Positions 59,862-64,000 of a stretch of DNA of 64,000 nt are shown piece after piece (the stretch's first letter is position 1; every line of letters starts with the position of its first letter). The stretch comes from Candidatus Xenobia bacterium (GTDB taxonomy: Bacteria; Acidobacteriota; Terriglobia; Acidiferrales; 2-02-FULL-67-57). The notes under the pieces are model-generated. The model was not told the origin of the DNA, did no database searches, and saw nothing but the letters and a program-made list of their open reading frames with translations. The DNA lies in the NCBI GenBank assembly GCA_035573715.1, contig DATLZZ010000010.1, positions 246,746-310,745 of the forward strand, read 5' to 3'. Both the position numbers and the translations under genes were made by a program.

Positions 59862-61899
59862 GGCGCTCCTTGGCGGGCTTGCGACGGCGCAGAGGCCGCC
59901 CGGGCTCCGGCGGGCGGCTGGGAACCAGAGCGATGAGCGTGCCCAGCACCATGACGACGCCGCCCAGCCAGACCCACAGCACCAGCGGGTTGATATAGAC
60001 CTGAATGACGGCGCGCTGGTTGTCGTCGCTCATCCCGGAAAACACCAGGTAGATGTCGGCGTTAGGGTGGCGGAGAATCTCCAGCGGCTTCGAGAGGTGC
60101 GGCCAGATGGCCACTTCGGTCGTGGGTTGCTGGCTGGCCTTGTAGAAGCGCCGCTCCGGCTCCATCGTCGCCAGCAGGCTGCCGCCTTTATAGACGTCAA
60201 TGCGGGCGCGGCTGGCGATGTGGTTGTCGGTTTCGTCCTGGTCGATGCCCTGGATGACGAAGCGGTAGTCGCGCACGTTGATTTCGTCCCCGGGCAGCAC
60301 TTCGGCCTGCTCGTGTACGCCAAAGGCGTTGCCAACGAAGCCGATAAAGAGCAGCGCAATGCCGAAGTGGATGACGTAGCCGCCGTAGCGCCGGGTGTTG
60401 CGGCGGGTCAGCTCGACCATCGCCCCCGCCCAGCCCAGCTCTTCCTTCTGCCGGATGACGCGGGCGCCCCGGAAAAACTCCATCGCGATGGTGCCGATGA
60501 CGAAGAAGGCCAGGAAAATGGTCATCAGGGCGTAGAAGTTGCGCGCGCCGAAGAGGAAGGCGACGATGGCGACCAGAGCGCCGAACAGCAGCGGCCGGGT
60601 GAAGTTGCGCTTCAGGCTGTCAAACGAGGTGCGCCGCCAGGCGAACAGCGGGCCGACGCCGGTGAGAAACAGCAGGAACAGCCCGATGGGAATCTGCACT
60701 TTGTTGAAGTAGGGCGCGCCCACGCTGATCTTGACCCCGCGCACGGCCTCCGACAGCAGCGGGAACAGCGTCCCCCACAGCACCGCGAAGCAGGAGGCCA
60801 GCAGGATGAGGTTGTTGAAGAGGAAGCTGGATTCGCGCGAGGCCAGCGAGTCGAGCTGGTTCTCGCTCTTCAGGAAATCCAGGCGCCAGAAAAGCACCGC
60901 GCTGGTCAGCACCAGCAGGCCGGTAAGGAAAACCGAGAAGTAGGGGCCGATGGCGGATTGCGCGAAGGCGTGCACCGAGCTCAGCACGCCCGAGCGCGTC
61001 AGGAAGGTTCCGAAGATGCAGAGCAGGAAGGTGGCGAAGATGAGCACCATGTTCCACACCTTCATCATGCCGCGCTTTTCCTGCATCATCACCGAGTGCA
61101 GGAACGCGGTGCCGGTGAGCCATGGCAGCAGGGAAGCGTTCTCGACCGGGTCCCAGCCCCAGTAGCCGCCCCAGCCCAGCACGGCGTAGGCCCAGCGCCC
61201 GCCGAGCAGGATGCCGATGGTGAGGAACATCCAGGCAATCATTGTCCAGCGGCGGGTGATGTGAATCCACTGCTCGCCTTTGGTGCGGGTGATGAGCGCC
61301 GAGAGCGCAAAAGCAAACGGCACGCTGAAGCCGACGAAGCCGAGGTAGAGCATCGGCGGATGGATGACCATGGCCGGGTGTTGCAGCAGCGGGTTCAGGC
61401 CGCCGCCGTCCGGCGGCGAAAAAATCTGCGGCCCGTGCGGCGTCTGCATGGCGAGCAGCGCGAAGGGGTTGACGACGAAGTTGTTGAGCACCAGGAAAAA
61501 GCCCAGCACCGTCATCAGCATCGCCACCGCGTAGGGCATCAGGTGCGGGTGCGTGCGGCGGTTGACGCTCACCGCCGTGGCCGCAAACAGCGCCATCAGG
61601 CAGCTCCACCACAGCAGCGAGCCTTCCTGGCCCGACCACAGCGCCGCGAACTTGAAGTAAATCGGCAGGGCGCGGTTGGAGTGGGAAGCGACGTAGGCCA
61701 CCCGGAAGTCGTCCCGCAGCAGCAGCACCGCCAGGCAGAACGTGGCCACCACCACCAGGCCAGTCACCGCCACCACGGCCCGCTCGCTGCTCTGTTGCAG
61801 CAGCGGTTTCTGCTTCCAGTGGCCGATCAGCGCCGCCAGAATGGCGTAGATACAAAACCCGAAGGCGAGGAGGAGGGAATAGCTGCCGAGGGCATCCAT
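59845..61899 (-). CDS. ccmF: Cytochrome c-type biogenesis protein CcmF (heme lyase component)
   Basis: 684 aa, multi-TM. WWD-type motif WGGYWGWDPVENASLLPWL. AALWSGQEGSLLWW. Confidence 0.93.
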   Translation of the reverse strand: MDALGSYSLLLAFGFCIYAILAALIGHWKQKPLLQQSSERAVVAVTGLVVVATFCLAVLLLRDDFRVAYVASHSNRALPIYFKFAALWSGQEGSLLWWSCLMALFAATAVSVNRRTHPHLMPYAVAMLMTVLGFFLVLNNFVVNPFALLAMQTPHGPQIFSPPDGGGLNPLLQHPAMVIHPPMLYLGFVGFSVPFAFALSALITRTKGEQWIHITRRWTMIAWMFLTIGILLGGRWAYAVLGWGGYWGWDPVENASLLPWLTGTAFLHSVMMQEKRGMMKVWNMVLIFATFLLCIFGTFLTRSGVLSSVHAFAQSAIGPYFSVFLTGLLVLTSAVLFWRLDFLKSENQLDSLASRESSFLFNNLILLASCFAVLWGTLFPLLSEAVRGVKISVGAPYFNKVQIPIGLFLLFLTGVGPLFAWRRTSFDSLKRNFTRPLLFGALVAIVAFLFGARNFYALMTIFLAFFVIGTIAMEFFRGARVIRQKEELGWAGAMVELTRRNTRRYGGYVIHFGIALLFIGFVGNAFGVHEQAEVLPGDEINVRDYRFVIQGIDQDETDNHIASRARIDVYKGGSLLATMEPERRFYKASQQPTTEVAIWPHLSKPLEILRHPNADIYLVFSGMSDDNQRAVIQVYINPLVLWVWLGGVVMVLGTLIALVPSRPPEPGRPLRRRKPAKERHEVAA

Positions 61900-61904
61900 C
61901 TAGG

Positions 61905-62336
61905 TCAGTAGGAGCTCGATGGCTTCTGTTCCGGCTTCGCGCCCGGCGGCAGCGCCTCGTACTTGGAGGCGCACTTGGCCTGCACCTGCTGGGCGACGAA
62001 CTGGCGCTCCGGCGTGTAGCGCCCGGTGACAATGGCCTGAGCGTTGTCCACAAACGTGTCGGGCAGCGGATCGCGGCCGACGTAGACCACGTCAAGCGTC
62101 TGCTTCTCCTGATGGAGCTGGAAATAGACCTTCCCCTGCTCGCGGCGGATGGATCCGGGCGTGACGTCGCCGGCGACTCGCAGGCGCATATCGTAGGCCG
62201 CGTCGCCCTTGGCATACAGCTCCGGGATGGTGACGTAGTAGGTCTTGCTCTCCTGCACCCCGCTCACCCCCAGCCACGCCAGCACACCCAGGATGATTAC
62301 CGCGCTGCCGATGAACTTGAGATTCTTGGTTCGCAT
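61905..62336 (-). CDS. ccmE: Heme chaperone CcmE, CxxxY variant
   Basis: Start at ATG (complement 62334-62336). MRTKNLKFIGSAVIILGVLAW anchor and OB-fold core (LRVAGDVTPGSI...VYF.L....Q.L.V.Y.G..PDTF......VTG). The heme-binding site reads QAKCASKYEALPP where canonical CcmE has AKHDE.Y.P. The Cys codon TGC is the complement of 61971-61973. Confidence 0.88.
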   Translation of the reverse strand: MRTKNLKFIGSAVIILGVLAWLGVSGVQESKTYYVTIPELYAKGDAAYDMRLRVAGDVTPGSIRREQGKVYFQLHQEKQTLDVVYVGRDPLPDTFVDNAQAIVTGRYTPERQFVAQQVQAKCASKYEALPPGAKPEQKPSSSY

Positions 62337-62639
62337 AGTCGTCGCCTCAGGTCGTCGGACGAGCAAGTGGGCTTCCAGAACCCACACCTGACTATAGACC
62401 GGGCTTTTGCAGACTGTCAACGAAAGTCGGCTGTGGTTTCAATGTGTTGGCGCCGTCTGGATGAGCCGCAAGGTTGGTGAAGGCCTCCCTCACCCCGCCT
62501 CCCTGAGGCTACCTGCGGTTTTTCTCAACAACGTCGGGCAAAAGTCGCAGGGAGGCCAGCCGACCCGCGCCTCGAGAAATAACGCCGTAGCTCCCAGGCT
62601 GCTGCCTGGAGGCAGAGCATTCTCTCAGGGCGCGCCCAG

Positions 62640-63803
62640 CTAGAGTTCCTCGAAGGGTTCCTCAGGAGTTTTGAGTTCGCGCACCTTCAGCGATAGCTCA
62701 AAGTCGCGGGCCTTCAGGTCGGCGAGCACGGCGCGGCGGAGGTCGGGCGGCAGGGCTTCGGGCGGATGGACGCCCCAGAGGTCGCGCGGAAAGCGCTTGA
62801 GGATGGCCGCCGCCACCTGAGCGGTGGCGTAGGCAATCGGCGTCGCCAGCAGGCCGCGCTGGCGGAGCTGGTAGAGGCTGGGAACCATGCAGGTCCAGCG
62901 ATGCTCGACCCGCTGCCCCTTGCGCTCCCCCCGGATGACCACGGCGGCGGCAAAGCGCGCGTTGGAAAGAATCCCGCGGCGGATGAGCCGGGCCACCTGG
63001 CGCGGCGTGGGCGTTCGCGGGAAATGGTCGGTCGGTGGACGGCGGGCCGGGCGCAGCCGCCCGCGACGATAGAGGCGCCGCAGTCGCGCGATTTCATTGC
63101 CGCCGATTTTGACGTCCAGCTCGCGCATCGGCGCCAAGCGCGGCAGGGTGCTGACTTCGTCCTGCGCCGCCAGCACCACGCGGGCGCGGCCGATGGGCTC
63201 GGGAAAGGTGAACCACTCCGGCTCGGAGAACCGCGGCGCGAAGGCGAAGCGGCCGTTGCGGTACACGCGCGGGCGGGAGACCGCTTCATCAAAGGCCGAC
63301 TCGGGCGACCACTGCGAAATGGGGTCGCGCGACTCGGTGCTTTCGTAGAGGCGAATGTGGACGGACTCAACCTTGTCGAGCCGCTCGACGCTGGCCGCCA
63401 CCAGCAAGTTGGTCAGCCCGGGCGCCACGCCGGCGTTGATGAGCGCCACGCGGCGCTTGGCCAGAAACGCGCGCTGGTAGCGGAACTGCTCCGGCTTGAA
63501 GGGATGCCGGCGCAGGTTGGACGCCATATCGAAGTAGTGGGCGCGCAGTCGCAGCGCGGCGCGGAGGACAATCTGGTTGAACATGGCCGGAACGGCGTTG
63601 ACGATAAGGTGCGAGCCGCGCGCCGCCCGCACAAGGGCCCAGAGGTTGCGAGCGTTCACCTCTTCGCAGGGCACCTCGCGGCCCAGGAAGCGCCGGGCGC
63701 GCTCCGGGTCGCGGTCACCGCAACGGATTTCGTGCCCCTGGCGCTCCAGAAGCTGCGCCAGCAGGCCGCCCGTCGCCCCGACTCCCAGCACGAAGATGCG
63801 CAT
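62640..63803 (-). CDS. Saccharopine dehydrogenase-like NAD(P)-binding oxidoreductase
   Basis: N-terminal Rossmann MRIFVLGVGATGGLLAQLL. 387 aa. The overall pattern resembles the saccharopine dehydrogenase family. Assigned from memory. Confidence 0.55.
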   Translation of the reverse strand: MRIFVLGVGATGGLLAQLLERQGHEIRCGDRDPERARRFLGREVPCEEVNARNLWALVRAARGSHLIVNAVPAMFNQIVLRAALRLRAHYFDMASNLRRHPFKPEQFRYQRAFLAKRRVALINAGVAPGLTNLLVAASVERLDKVESVHIRLYESTESRDPISQWSPESAFDEAVSRPRVYRNGRFAFAPRFSEPEWFTFPEPIGRARVVLAAQDEVSTLPRLAPMRELDVKIGGNEIARLRRLYRRGRLRPARRPPTDHFPRTPTPRQVARLIRRGILSNARFAAAVVIRGERKGQRVEHRWTCMVPSLYQLRQRGLLATPIAYATAQVAAAILKRFPRDLWGVHPPEALPPDLRRAVLADLKARDFELSLKVRELKTPEEPFEEL

Positions 63804-63944
63804 GATCCGCCTTAGCCTATCACCCTGAACGATGCCCCGACCGCGGCCGGGCGATGTCGAAGGGTCGGGCTGACTCTAGTCGGGATTGCGCCCGGAGGCA
63901 AGCCGGCGGAGGGGGCTGGTAGGGGAAGGCGGCAGGTATCCGTT

Positions 63945-64000
63945 ATGCGTTCTGAACGCGTTCGAACGCATGGGAGGGCCATCCCCTGGCAGGGCCGGGA
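63945..64000. repeat. Nested-palindrome repeat related to 10290-10355
   Basis: ATGCGTTCTGAACGCGTTCGAACGCATGGGAGGGCCATCCCCTGGCAGGGCCGGGA. It shares ATGCGTTC, GCGTTC, ACGCATG and the terminal GGGCCGGGA with 10290-10355. It is cut by the window edge. Confidence 0.55.

Noticed and set aside
62407-62643. 78-aa plus-strand ORF in the 300-bp gap upstream of ccmE
   Set aside because: It has no RBS, odd composition and no motifs. The region is more plausibly the ccm promoter and 5' UTR together with the 3' flank of the saccharopine-dehydrogenase-like gene.

Overview
High-GC, GC3-rich bacterial chromosomal window. Gene content and the style of its intergenic hairpin repeats suggest an Acidobacteriota-like organism, but this is unverified. 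I call about 70 protein genes, one tRNA-Asn and several repeat or hairpin elements. I saw no rRNA, CRISPR array, transposase or integrase. From left to right the blocks are: (1) nfeD-flotillin, a nitrilase and gdh. (2) A compact bacterial-microcompartment (BMC) locus: a class II aldolase with a C-terminal encapsulation-peptide-like helix, one BMC-H and three BMC-P genes. It has no aldehyde dehydrogenase, PduL or BMC-T nearby. (3) ruvAB. (4) folK and panB-dinB-dinB-panC, interrupted by a DUF6569-like gene, a deoxynucleoside kinase and repeat-dense spacers. (5) An AsmA-like giant protein. (6) A Bcp peroxiredoxin missed by the ORF track because its catalytic Cys codon is an in-frame TGA followed by a SECIS-like hairpin, so it is a candidate selenoprotein. 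(7) A purine permease, tRNA-Asn and gatB. (8) rmlD, glycosyltransferases and a PilZ gene. (9) A 13-kb reductive pyrimidine catabolism cluster (dihydropyrimidinase, preT/preA, NCS1 permease, aldehyde dehydrogenase, aminotransferase, beta-ureidopropionase) that also carries an unusual membrane M28 peptidase, LhgO and a HAD hydrolase. (10) Orphan genes and an apparently split HD-GYP gene. (11) rplM-rpsI-rpsB-tsf-pyrH-frr. (12) glk-pgl-gnd. (13) A System I cytochrome c maturation operon (ccmE-F-H-x-x-A-B-C-D) whose CcmE has Cys in place of the heme-binding His (CxxxY variant), plus two non-canonical embedded genes. The strongest leads are the stripped-down aldolase BMC, the Sec-Bcp candidate and the variant Ccm system. 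All family assignments come from reading the translations and recalling motifs; no database search was possible.
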